A DNA stretch of 64,000 bases from an uncultured bacterium (GTDB taxonomy: Bacteria; CSSED10-310; CAZUFC01): positions 19,696 through 83,695 of the forward strand of contig CAZUFC010000019.1 in the NCBI GenBank assembly GCA_964619725.1, read 5' to 3'. Within the stretch, counting starts at the first letter, position 1. Each line of letters opens with the position of its first letter. Positions 55,160 through 64,000 of this stretch are shown here, piece after piece. The position numbers and the translations under genes are program-made. Below the pieces are notes generated by a model. It had not been told where the DNA came from and ran no database searches. It saw only the letters and a program-made list of their open reading frames with translations.

Positions 55160-57096
55160 AAACCTCTCTCAATATGGCGGTCGCTTTTCTGATTTTACTC
55201 GTCATATCCGTCATTATATCCAAGCCCACCGCCGTATCGCCCGACTCAGCCGAATACGCCGCCTACATCATTTCAGCCGTTCGTGACGGCAACCTTTATT
55301 TCGGAGACGAATTCGAGGCGTGGGAAGTTCCTCCCTTCTGGAATCATCCCGTGAAAAATAATATCGAGTATATCGTTAATTCCATTGCCGTCGGTCCCGC
55401 CATTCTCTGGTCGCCCTTTTACCTGTTCACCCTCCTGGCCGGAGAAGACCCCATGATTTTAGAAATGGGCTCGGTTTTATGGATACATCTATCCACACTG
55501 CTGTTCGGCGCACTCATGTTCGCCGTCATTATACGCTTCCTCAAAAGAAACCTCCCCAACGGCAAACCCTATCTAACCATAATAACCCTCATCGCAGGAA
55601 CCCCGCTGATCTTTTACCTCTTCACCGAAACGATAAATTCCCATGTCTTGTCCGGTCTCGCCGTAGCGCTCTTCGTCGACCTGTGGGACAGAATTAAAGA
55701 TAAAAACAATCCCCGTAAATGGTTCCTGCTGGGCTTCGCCGGCGGACTCGCCGCCCTTATCCGGTGGCAGGAACTGATCATCCTCGTCATACCTGTCGCC
55801 TCCTTCATCAAAAAAAGACCGCCCTTGAAAAAAGCGGCGGTTTATGCCGGAGGAGCATTCATAGCCCTGCTTCCCCAACTGATGGTCTGGACCACACTTT
55901 ATAACTCGCCGTTTCTTAAACCGCAACAGAAACCCATTTACTGGCTCAATCCCGACTTCTTCGCCACCCTTGTCTCCTCCCATCACGGACTGCTGTTCTG
56001 GACGCCCCTCTACTCCCTCATATTCATCGGCCTCATAATTTTCTGCATCAAAAAACCAGCCGTCGGCATTCCGCTTACCCTGTTCCTCACTTTCCAGATA
56101 TACGTCAATTCCGCGTTCAATCCCCACGGAGGCCGATCCTTCGGCATAAGGCGCCTGACAGACTGCTCCGTCATCTCAGCCGCCGCCCTGAGCGCCCTGT
56201 TCGCCTGCTGCTCCAAAGCAAGGTCATGGTTCGTCATGAAGATCGTGTACCTGATCGCTGCAGCCTGTTCCATCTGGACCCTTATTCTGATGCTCGCTTT
56301 TCGCATTAACCTCGTTCCAGGCGAAACTTACGTCACCTACGGCGAAGTATTCGATGCCGTCAGAAAATGCGCCGGCAACCTGAATCATGCCCTGGACATC
56401 ATACTTAAACAGGGTCTGCTCAATACCCGGGGTCCCGAACTGACCATTCCTATAATCGTCTTCCTGATAATCATCGCCGCCGGCGCCCTGATCCAGCCGT
56501 ACTTCAAAAAACTAGAAGACTTCAATGAATCGACCACAGCCCTCGTACCCCTATTCCTGATCGGAACCCTCATCATAGCCAAAGCAGCAGTTCTTCCCGC
56601 CAACCCCGCCGCAGACTGGACCGAAAATCATAAAAGAATCGCAGAAAATCTGGAAAAAATCGAAACAGCATTGAAACAAAATCCTGATAGCATCACAGCC
56701 ATTATGGAAAAGGAATTGCTGTATTTCAACATGGGCAATTACGAAGCTGCCCTGGATTCCATAGAAAATCGCCTGAAAAACGCACCGGCTTCCATCGAGG
56801 ACATCAACGCAAAAGCAGCATGCCTGATGTACCTGGACCGCTTCGATGAAGCAGAAACCATGCTCAGACAAAAAATAAAAGAATTCCCCGACTACGACCG
56901 ATTCCGCCATTACCTCGGCGTCGTTCAATACCAGACGGGGAGATTAATGCAGGCCAAGGAAACCTTCCTCGACCTCTGGACCTACGGAAATCGCGACAGA
57001 AAATCAGTGCAATACCTGGCCGACTGCTATCGCCGCCTGAAATATCACTACCTCCAGGACTACTTCCAGGCCTATATTGATAACGTCTATAAATGA
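55156..57096 (+). CDS. GT-C superfamily membrane glycosyltransferase with C-terminal TPRs
   Basis: DxxxY..S..DGxLxF, GPAILWSPFY, SSHHGLLFWTP, SFGIRR; many TMs; TPR tail. Confidence 0.75.
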   Translation: MKTSLNMAVAFLILLVISVIISKPTAVSPDSAEYAAYIISAVRDGNLYFGDEFEAWEVPPFWNHPVKNNIEYIVNSIAVGPAILWSPFYLFTLLAGEDPMILEMGSVLWIHLSTLLFGALMFAVIIRFLKRNLPNGKPYLTIITLIAGTPLIFYLFTETINSHVLSGLAVALFVDLWDRIKDKNNPRKWFLLGFAGGLAALIRWQELIILVIPVASFIKKRPPLKKAAVYAGGAFIALLPQLMVWTTLYNSPFLKPQQKPIYWLNPDFFATLVSSHHGLLFWTPLYSLIFIGLIIFCIKKPAVGIPLTLFLTFQIYVNSAFNPHGGRSFGIRRLTDCSVISAAALSALFACCSKARSWFVMKIVYLIAAACSIWTLILMLAFRINLVPGETYVTYGEVFDAVRKCAGNLNHALDIILKQGLLNTRGPELTIPIIVFLIIIAAGALIQPYFKKLEDFNESTTALVPLFLIGTLIIAKAAVLPANPAADWTENHKRIAENLEKIETALKQNPDSITAIMEKELLYFNMGNYEAALDSIENRLKNAPASIEDINAKAACLMYLDRFDEAETMLRQKIKEFPDYDRFRHYLGVVQYQTGRLMQAKETFLDLWTYGNRDRKSVQYLADCYRRLKYHYLQDYFQAYIDNVYK

Positions 57097-57196
57097 GACG
57101 CCTCCATCGCAGCCTTGAAAATCTTATAAGAGAAAAGACGGCATTGATCAAAAATGGGTCTTTTGAGGTTACAATTATTCCGAATTTCCCCCTTTA

Positions 57197-57237
57197 GTTT
57201 CGATTGCGATTGCGATACCGACCCCGATCCCGATTAC
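57197..57237 (+). repeat. Hexamer-repeat motif (gtttcgattgcgattgcgataccgaccccgatcccgattac)
   Basis: Same motif as 5203-5237. Confidence 0.75.
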
Positions 57238-57399
57238 TGAAACAAACTGTCGAAAGTTTTGAAAGAAGTGCTGCCACTGTTTGATCAGTCCCTAAAAATA
57301 GAGTTAATATTTAACACGTAATCCGCCATTTTCCGAACATTTGTGCTTTGTCTTTTTTTTTATTATAATTTGTTCGTTACTGAATTGAAAGGAGAAGAA

Positions 57400-57966
57400 A
57401 TGAGAGAATTCAAGTTTGGTAAGAAATTTGGTTTAGCATTATTGGTTATAACTCTATTGATCGGTTCCGGGGCGGCATCGGCCCAGGATTATAGGCACAG
57501 CATAGGTTTCGGAGCGCATTATTTTTATGCTCTGGGCGAAATCGAAGAAGACTGGGAATTTGAAGACGCCGGTCTGGGTTACAATGTTTCCTATCGTTTC
57601 AGCCCGCAAGGACCGCTTGCTTTTGAATTTATGGCGCAGGCCTATCCGGCCGGATTCTACCTGGCTGAAAAAGCTTATGCCCCTAAACTCTTTGTGCTGC
57701 TGGGACGCCCCTTTTATATCGGCCTGGGATTCCTTTTCTATCATTATACCTGGAACGAAGACGGCAAGAGAATTTTCGACAATTCTTCGGAATGGTCCGA
57801 CCTTTCCTATCAGGCAAGAGCGGGATTGATATTTCCTATTTTCGGCAGGAACCTGAAATTGGACATCAATGCCAATTACCACTTTAATACCTGGGATTGG
57901 GATGAAGTAGAAGATTTCGACGAGGACAGCCTGGAATTCGGAGCAGGGCTCAGACTTTATTTCTGA
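57400..57966 (+). CDS. Small outer-membrane beta-barrel protein
   Basis: Start moved to ATG 57400 (RBS AAGGAG); signal peptide ending ASA; alternating aromatic strands; C-terminal GAGLRLYF. Confidence 0.75.
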   Translation: MREFKFGKKFGLALLVITLLIGSGAASAQDYRHSIGFGAHYFYALGEIEEDWEFEDAGLGYNVSYRFSPQGPLAFEFMAQAYPAGFYLAEKAYAPKLFVLLGRPFYIGLGFLFYHYTWNEDGKRIFDNSSEWSDLSYQARAGLIFPIFGRNLKLDINANYHFNTWDWDEVEDFDEDSLEFGAGLRLYF

Positions 57967-57981
57967 TCGGGGATCACCTCT

Positions 57982-59436
57982 TTATATGTCATAGTACAAT
58001 TCAAATTCATAGGGAGTAGGACGCATCCTCATTTGCCGGACTTCTCTATTCCGTTTTTCTTTGATCCAGTTTTCAATTAATCGTTTGGGAAAGACGCCGT
58101 CCCTGAGCAGGAAGTCGTGATCCCGCTCGAGTGAGTCCAGGGCTCTTTCCAGGTCTTCGGGGACGGGTTTGACGGCATCTCTTATTTCAGGGTCGAGTTC
58201 CCTGATGGAAATATCGAAAGGTCCCATATTATTTTTTTCCGGCTCTATTTTCCCGGCGATTCCGTCGATGCCGGCCATGAGCATTGCGGCGAAAGCCAGG
58301 AAAGGATTACAGGAAGCGTCGGGCGTTCTGAATTCGAGTCTTTTCTTCTGAGGTTTGACGGCATATTTAGGAATTCGGATGGCTGAGGCCCGGTTTCCCA
58401 GGGAATAAAACAGCAGCGTGGGCGCTTCGTATCCCGGCACGAGTCTTTTATAAGAATTGGTGGAAGGATTGGTCAGTCCGCACAGGGCCCGTCCGTGTTT
58501 CAGGATGCCGGCGATATAATGCGAAGCTGTGCGGCTCAAGCCGGCATATCCTTTTTCATCATGAAAAATGGGTTCGTCATTCGGACCCAGCAGAAGCTGA
58601 TGGACGTGCATGCCGTTACCCGCTTCCTCGAAAAGGGGTTTAGGCATGAAAGTGGCCGAGAGTCCAAATCGCCGGGAAACGTTCTTAATGACGTATTTCA
58701 TCCACATAACGGCATCCGCGGATTTTACCAGCGTATCGAAGAACATCTCTATCTCCATCTGCGAAGGACCGCCGACTTCATGATGATGATACTTTATCTT
58801 TACGCCGCCTTCCTCTATGATCCGAACGAACTCAGCTCGCAAGTTGAAATACAGATCGCGGGGAGGAGCAGCGTGATAACCCTGTTTTAAGCCGATGTGA
58901 GCCCCCTGGAGAGAAGCGTCGGGCTCCCCGGAATTCCAGAAGGCTTCCTCCGAGTTGACCGAATAAAAAGATGCGTTCAGGCGGTTGTCATACGCTACCT
59001 GATGGAATAAATGAAATTCCAGTTCGGGACCGAACAACGCTTTTTCCGCCAAACCCATTTTTTTCACCAGGTTCTCGGCTTTGCGCGCTATCTCTCTGGA
59101 ATCTGCAGCGAAAGCTTTCTTGGTATCGGCTTCCACTATTCTGCAGTTGAAACTTAAAGTGGGGTAATCCCAAAACGGGTCAAGTATGACGAAATCCAGA
59201 TCAGGTAATAAGCACATGTCGCCTGATTCCACCCGTCGAAAACTGCTCACCGATGAACCGTCAAATCCGATGCCCTCATTGATCGTCCCTTCGTCGAACG
59301 CAGAAACAGGCATCGTGACGTGACGCCATCTACCGCTGAAATCCGTAAACTTTAAATCGATCGATTGTATGCCCTCTTGCTCGATTATTTCCGCCGCATC
59401 CTGCCAATCCCGAGGATAAAACCTTTTCGATAACAA
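57982..59436 (-). CDS. glnA: Glutamine synthetase type I
   Basis: GFDGSS, GPELEF, HHHEVG, ATFMPKP, GNGMHVH, NSYKRLVPGYEAP, NRxxAIRIP, RLEFRTPD; RBS GGAGGTG. Confidence 0.97.
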   Translation of the reverse strand: MLSKRFYPRDWQDAAEIIEQEGIQSIDLKFTDFSGRWRHVTMPVSAFDEGTINEGIGFDGSSVSSFRRVESGDMCLLPDLDFVILDPFWDYPTLSFNCRIVEADTKKAFAADSREIARKAENLVKKMGLAEKALFGPELEFHLFHQVAYDNRLNASFYSVNSEEAFWNSGEPDASLQGAHIGLKQGYHAAPPRDLYFNLRAEFVRIIEEGGVKIKYHHHEVGGPSQMEIEMFFDTLVKSADAVMWMKYVIKNVSRRFGLSATFMPKPLFEEAGNGMHVHQLLLGPNDEPIFHDEKGYAGLSRTASHYIAGILKHGRALCGLTNPSTNSYKRLVPGYEAPTLLFYSLGNRASAIRIPKYAVKPQKKRLEFRTPDASCNPFLAFAAMLMAGIDGIAGKIEPEKNNMGPFDISIRELDPEIRDAVKPVPEDLERALDSLERDHDFLLRDGVFPKRLIENWIKEKRNREVRQMRMRPTPYEFELYYDI

Positions 59437-59518
59437 AATTCACCTCCGCCGTCGAATTTTTAATCCGAAAAAAAAATTCCGGACGAATTTTACAATTTCT
59501 TTGAAAAAATATGAAGCT

Positions 59519-59929
59519 TCAATTTGCACTATCCTCCGATCCACCCGCATCACGGCTTTCCAGTATGACCACTGCAGCCGCGCTTCCAGCATCATGCGTT
59601 ATGCTTAAATGCGTTCGGACAATTTTCAATTCCTGCACCTTCTCAAGCGCTTTTCCGTGATACCGGATCGACGGACAACCCGCAGCATCTTTTATCACCT
59701 CAATGTCCTTCCATCCTATGCCTCTGCCGAATCCGCTTCCTAAAGCCTTAGCGGCAGACTCCTTCGCTGCCCATCGTCCCGCCAGCCAATTCGCATAATC
59801 ACGCCGGCCCTGACCCGTTTCAGCTTCCCTCTCCGTCATAATGCGTCCGGCAAACCGGTCTCCGAATCTCTTTACGCTCCTTTTTATACGTTCCACAGAC
59901 ACGATATCTATGCCGATTCCCTTTATCAT
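59519..59929 (-). CDS. acpS: Holo-[acyl-carrier-protein] synthase
   Basis: GIGIDIV, LAGRWAAKESAAKALG, HLSITHD. Confidence 0.96.
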   Translation of the reverse strand: MIKGIGIDIVSVERIKRSVKRFGDRFAGRIMTEREAETGQGRRDYANWLAGRWAAKESAAKALGSGFGRGIGWKDIEVIKDAAGCPSIRYHGKALEKVQELKIVRTHLSITHDAGSAAAVVILESRDAGGSEDSAN

Positions 59930-60128
59930 AATTACTTCCTTTTCCCCTATTATTCTATACTAGCGACCGGCCGCAAAATCAATTCAAACTCGGCATGCCT
60001 GGGCGGAAAGACCACTGCTGCTTGCTTGCAGAAACTGTAACTTTTTAAATTCGACAGCTTGCAGCCTGTTTGATTAATCGGAATGAGACTGTTATAATGA
60101 TTTTTGGATGGATTTTGGAGGAACGACC

Positions 60129-60773
60129 ATGAAAAATTTTTTGATCATAATTATTGCTGCGGCAACGGCGATGAGTATTATACCCAGCGCCGGAGCATCC
60201 CAGGAGACGGAAACGGAACGGCAGAACACGACGATTTATGTGCTCGAAATGAGCAACGACAGGAACCTTTACGTCTCTTCCTACTCCTTTGTAGAGCAAC
60301 CCCCGGCCATTACAGTTAGAACACTAGGCAGCGGAATGAAAATAACCTTCCCGCTGGAACGTTTGGATAGAATAGTCGAAGCGACCCTTGACGGAACTCA
60401 GAAAGTAGCCTATGAAAACATCGAAAGATCAATCATATTTGAGAATGCCGGTTCGATAAGCAATATCCCCGAAGATGACGGCATTGCCGTTAATTTCTTC
60501 GTGGGCAACGTCACCACCGTAGGAATTTCTTCCAGGGGCGGATCGTCAGGATGGGGCAACAGAGGATACACGGGAAGCTCGTTTGAACGAGGAAGGTCCG
60601 ACAATAGTTCCCTGGGTTCCGGCAGCAGCTCGCTCGGCGGAGGTTCCAGTTCCAGCAGGAGTTCGTACGGTTATTCGAACCGTTCAAGCCGCGGATCAGG
60701 CTCAAGTTCTTCGTCTTCATCTTCATCCTCAAACCCTTTTGAGGACATTTTCAAGCGGATGAGAGGGAATTGA
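60129..60773 (+). CDS. Secreted hypothetical protein with Ser/Gly-rich disordered tail
   Basis: ATG 60129 after GGAGG; signal peptide; poly-Ser tail ending NPFEDIFKRMRGN. Confidence 0.65.
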   Translation: MKNFLIIIIAAATAMSIIPSAGASQETETERQNTTIYVLEMSNDRNLYVSSYSFVEQPPAITVRTLGSGMKITFPLERLDRIVEATLDGTQKVAYENIERSIIFENAGSISNIPEDDGIAVNFFVGNVTTVGISSRGGSSGWGNRGYTGSSFERGRSDNSSLGSGSSSLGGGSSSSRSSYGYSNRSSRGSGSSSSSSSSSSNPFEDIFKRMRGN

Positions 60774-61081
60774 AAAAGAAGAAGAAGATCATCCCCAACG
60801 GCGCGGTTAAACGCATAGTAACCGGAATTCCCCCAAAACATAAACACATCAGAACCGTTGTTGAACTGGAAGACGAAACCCTCATACTCCAGGAAGCGAC
60901 GATAGCCAATCTCTTGCGCGCTTACATAAATATTAAAACTCATCCCCGGCGCCTGGCCTGCGAATTGATGCAAACCGAAACCTCACCGGCGAAAAAAGGA
61001 TACGCCGAAACTCAACTCCTGGAAACTGAAACGCCGGAAAAGAAACTCCTGGAGGAACTGCATCAAATCATTAACGAATAA
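60770..61081 (+). CDS. Hypothetical protein
   Basis: 103 aa ORF overlapping the upstream stop; globular-looking GHxH-like 'KHKHIRT..LQEATIANLLRAY..THP'. Confidence 0.6.
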   Translation: MKKKKKIIPNGAVKRIVTGIPPKHKHIRTVVELEDETLILQEATIANLLRAYINIKTHPRRLACELMQTETSPAKKGYAETQLLETETPEKKLLEELHQIINE

Positions 61082-61113
61082 AATCGACAAAATCAGTTCC
61101 CTTTTTCTTAGTC

Positions 61114-61200
61114 AGAGACTCTCTAAAAACTCGATTCCCAATTAAAATTTTACGGATGGACAGACGCTGCTGTTTTGATCCATCAACGAGCAATGCTTTT
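61114..61200 (-). mobile_element. Degenerate right half of MITE family A
   Basis: Reverse complement gctcgttgatggatcaaaacagcagcgtctgtcca..aaatttt..aatcgagttt matches ~1021-1100. Confidence 0.55.
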
Positions 61201-61345
61201 TTCCGGATGAGAAGAATCCGGTTTTGTTGCATTTATTCGTATTATGCTGCATGGACATTTAAGGATTTTCACGTTATTTTTATGCGACGTTGCCGAGGCT
61301 ATCGAAACATCTTTTAAATCCCTATGCAGACAGGAGAAATAAATC

Positions 61346-62173
61346 ATGAAACTTTCAAAACCTGACGTCACCCTATTCTACAAACTGATGAACGCTATCC
61401 AGTCTTTCGTCAACAAAAAATACCAGGTAATGCCGGAAATCGATTCGCTTCCCGAATATCTTGAACTAACGACGGACGAGAAAAGAAAAGTTCGCGACAA
61501 ATTGTATGAAAAAATCGAGATAATTGATGATTTTGTCCGAGAGAATCCTTATAACCTCCCACAGCAGGAATTGAACATCGTCAAGGGTTGGAAAAATTAC
61601 GTTTCGGGATCATTCTACATTGAAAGATATTTAAAGAAATACACGGTTTTGCTTTCTGAGGATTCCAAGGTCTACGGAGTATTAGCTTTGACCGAGTCTT
61701 TTGAAGAAATGCTTGAGTTCTTGTCCCCGCCCATCCTGATAAAAACCGTTCTCTTGCCGTTCAAGGGCAAAGTAATCTATGACGGGTTATTCAACTTTTA
61801 CAACGTATATTTCGGCGGCGGACTCAGGAGACATTTGAAAGAAATCTACATGAAAGCCAAGTATCAGGACAAAATTATAGAAACTTTCGACAAGAAAACT
61901 GCTGGTTCCGCAAAAGTCAAACCGAAAAAGCCCTCTGTCGACTATGCGCCCGAGCTGAAAAAAATGGCGAAGGCGGCAAAAAAAATGAAAGGAGGCGGCG
62001 GTCAACCGCCGATCGTTTCTCCAGCTTTCAGTTTGCTCAAAGCCAGTATAGAGCTTGCTGAAACCTCGGTGAGCAATCCTGATGATCACGCACGTCTGGA
62101 TAACTGTTTAATGAAAATAAGAAGGGCGTTTACAACTTTCTCCCGCACGTTTTCCCGATATGAGGATTATTGA
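61346..62173 (+). CDS. Hypothetical protein
   Basis: 275 aa, RBS AGGAG; natural-looking composition (FYIERYLKKY, LLPFKGKVIYDG, FGGG). Confidence 0.75.
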   Translation: MKLSKPDVTLFYKLMNAIQSFVNKKYQVMPEIDSLPEYLELTTDEKRKVRDKLYEKIEIIDDFVRENPYNLPQQELNIVKGWKNYVSGSFYIERYLKKYTVLLSEDSKVYGVLALTESFEEMLEFLSPPILIKTVLLPFKGKVIYDGLFNFYNVYFGGGLRRHLKEIYMKAKYQDKIIETFDKKTAGSAKVKPKKPSVDYAPELKKMAKAAKKMKGGGGQPPIVSPAFSLLKASIELAETSVSNPDDHARLDNCLMKIRRAFTTFSRTFSRYEDY

Positions 62174-62320
62174 ATTTCCATGATACTGCGTCTGGCTGCG
62201 GATTTTCTCAGACAACGTTCAAGCAATACGCTACCTTCACAAATCCTTGCCTTCCCTGTTTTGAGAAATTTCGCCCGATTATGGATCAAAAACTCGCAGC
62301 GCTAGTCCAGCATAATATTC
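62171..62320 (+). mobile_element. Degenerate internal copy of MITE family A
   Basis: atactgcgtc..cggatttt..caaatcctt..tttatggatcaaaaac..gcag..gtccagcat aligns with ~918-1068. Confidence 0.6.
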
Positions 62321-62438
62321 TATCTGCTGAACGAGTTTGCTGCCGGACGCCGTCTTGTTCATTTCATTTTGAGTCATTACAATTGAAAAGACAAAGATCG
62401 TCGCAATCCTCGTTACCATTATCGGGAGAAATTACACG

Positions 62439-63668
62439 TTGAAAGATACGAAATATTTTTCATTCTCCGCGTACGGCGTCGCTTTCTCAGTCGAAACGGA
62501 GCTGCCGGGAATTATGGAGCTTATCGAAGAGACCTTTCCAACCAATCAGGAACCTGTAGTTAGAGATAATCCGTTGATTTTGTCATTCAGGCTTATTGAT
62601 TCGCCTCATTCCTCCTTTGGCTCGCGCGATCATGACTACCGGATTGAAGACAGCCGGTTTATTCTTCGCGTTTTTGACGAAGATACGGTCGAAGTTGATG
62701 AAAAAAACGGCAAGGCGGTTATAAGACTTGACCCGCGATGGATTTCAAGCTCCCCTATGTTCGTAAAATCTCTTTTTATTGAAGCGCCGTCGCTTGTACT
62801 GATCTCCTGGCTGAAAATGCCTTATATTCATGCAGCCGCTGTCGCTTATGACGGCCGGGGCATAGTCCTGACCGGTCAGAGCGGTTCGGGAAAAAGCGCA
62901 CTGGCCTATGCCTGCATCAAGCTGGGTTTTGACTATCTGGTGAGATACGGCGCCGGATTGATGGGCGTTTTTTTCCTTTTTTATCTCGGTTCCTACATTG
63001 AAACAAAACCCCTTTCCGGTAAGACAGACTATTTTTCCTATACCCTGGTCGGTTTTACGTTGTCTCATTATCTCAGCATGATCCTGGTCGCTCTTTCGCG
63101 CACTTTAAGGGACGATCAACTGATCGGAACCGTCGAACCGGTGATGAGCAGTCCCGTTTCACCCGTCTGGATTGCAACAGGGGCATCTCTGTTTCCGCTC
63201 ATCGAAAGCACCACGATAGCCTGCCTGCAATTGGGCCTGGGATATTTTTTTCTGGGCGCTGATTTTCAAAACGCCAACTGGACCGGTTTCATCGTTATAG
63301 CCTTTGTTTCCATATTTTGCATGCAAGCCCTGGCTTTCCTGTCAGCGACTTTCGTCATCATCTTTAAAAAAGGCGATCCCATCACCCCTTTCCTCGCCGC
63401 ATCAGCCTTCGTCTTCACAGGCGCCTTCTTTCCTTTTGAAAGACTGCCCTGGGTTTTTCGCTGGCTATCCTATTGCATTCCAACCACATATTTCTTAAAA
63501 GGCGCCCGAATGTACATTTTTCAGGGCCTTGAATTATTCAATCCCACCGCCTGGATAAACATTAAAATCCTGATAATATTCGCTGCGGCAGCCGTGCCTG
63601 CTGCAGCCGGAGCATTCGCCGGCGCAGTAAGATACGCCAGAAAACAAGGCACGCTATGCCACTACTGA
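62439..63668 (+). CDS. Chimeric ORF: truncated HPr-kinase-like P-loop domain fused to an ABC-2 permease
   Basis: IHAAAVAYDGRGIVLTGQSGSGKSALAYAC..GFDYL, then directly permease motifs (GTVEPVMSSP, FKKGDP, FTGAFFP, PTTY, ARKQGTL). Confidence 0.65.
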   Translation: MKDTKYFSFSAYGVAFSVETELPGIMELIEETFPTNQEPVVRDNPLILSFRLIDSPHSSFGSRDHDYRIEDSRFILRVFDEDTVEVDEKNGKAVIRLDPRWISSSPMFVKSLFIEAPSLVLISWLKMPYIHAAAVAYDGRGIVLTGQSGSGKSALAYACIKLGFDYLVRYGAGLMGVFFLFYLGSYIETKPLSGKTDYFSYTLVGFTLSHYLSMILVALSRTLRDDQLIGTVEPVMSSPVSPVWIATGASLFPLIESTTIACLQLGLGYFFLGADFQNANWTGFIVIAFVSIFCMQALAFLSATFVIIFKKGDPITPFLAASAFVFTGAFFPFERLPWVFRWLSYCIPTTYFLKGARMYIFQGLELFNPTAWINIKILIIFAAAAVPAAAGAFAGAVRYARKQGTLCHY

Positions 63669-63760
63669 AGCGGGAGTAAAAGAGGTAGAGTGAAGCGGCT
63701 TGACTATGGTGAAGGAAACCTGTTGGTAATCAACCACGAATCTCTCGAATCCAGCGAGAA

Positions 63761-63840
63761 CCTGTCCACAAACTCAAATCTCGATTCAAAATTTAATGCT
63801 GGATAGTCACTTTGGTTTTTGATCCATAAACGAATGAATT
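63761..63840 (-). mobile_element. Right half of MITE family A
   Basis: Reverse complement tcgtttatggatcaaaaacc..agtgact.tccagcattaaattttgaatcgaga.t.gagtttgtggacagg. Confidence 0.7.
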
Positions 63841-63844
63841 ATGT

Positions 63845-63996
63845 TGTCCTTTCGGTCCCTTTGGTCCCTTTGGTCTCTTTGGTCCCTTCCGTACCTTGTC
63901 AGGAGCGATTACGATTTGATTGAATTTGGTAAGGGCCTTGATACAAAAGGACAAAGGGACCAAGGGACCTAAGGGACCTAAGGGACCTAAGGGACA
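63845..63996. repeat. Inverted pair of 9-mer tandem arrays
   Basis: (GGTCCCTTT)n at ~63846-63898 facing (AAGGGACC[T/A])n at ~63946-63996. Confidence 0.8.
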
Positions 63997-64000
63997 GAAG

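Noticed and set aside
59961-60005. ZTP riboswitch-like words (cgaccggc...gcctgggc)
   Set aside because: The P2 (GTGG..CCAC) and P3 pairing elements are missing, and the downstream gene is unrelated to purine/folate metabolism
62170-62442. 90-aa ORF
   Set aside because: Largely made of a degenerate MITE family A copy

Overview
A 64 kb window from a diderm bacterium of roughly 48-50% GC (visual estimate; OM beta-barrel, RND pumps, lipoproteins). It has no recognisable rRNA, tRNA, CRISPR array, transposase or reverse transcriptase. Main content: (1) 1.6-4.5 kb, small housekeeping-type genes (alpha/beta hydrolase, DUF3109-like, CPBP protease, radical SAM) bracketed by two near-identical 204-bp MITE-like hairpin elements. 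(2) 5.3-18.7 kb (-), a 7-gene operon mixing two transporter superfamilies: TPR lipoprotein, ABC-2 permease fused to an M1-peptidase-like domain lacking HExxH, ABC ATPase, ABC-2 permease, MFP, RND, and an RND subunit fused to a second ABC ATPase. (3) 19.1-49.0 kb, five large secreted Cys/Asp-rich modular proteins (1015-2881 aa). Four end in an 'IPA-x4-G + TM + basic' IPTL-CTERM-like sorting tail. Cohesin-like and dockerin-like modules are distributed among them in a way that suggests a cellulosome-style, non-cellulolytic surface complex, and the island includes a thioredoxin + clan CD cysteine protease. (4) 49-64 kb: Fe3+-type ABC transporter, two GT-C glycosyltransferase-TPR proteins, an OM beta-barrel, glnA, acpS, hypotheticals, and an apparent HPr-kinase-like/ABC-permease chimera. 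Intergenic spacers carry several dispersed repeat families. All domain calls come from motif recognition by eye, not database searches.
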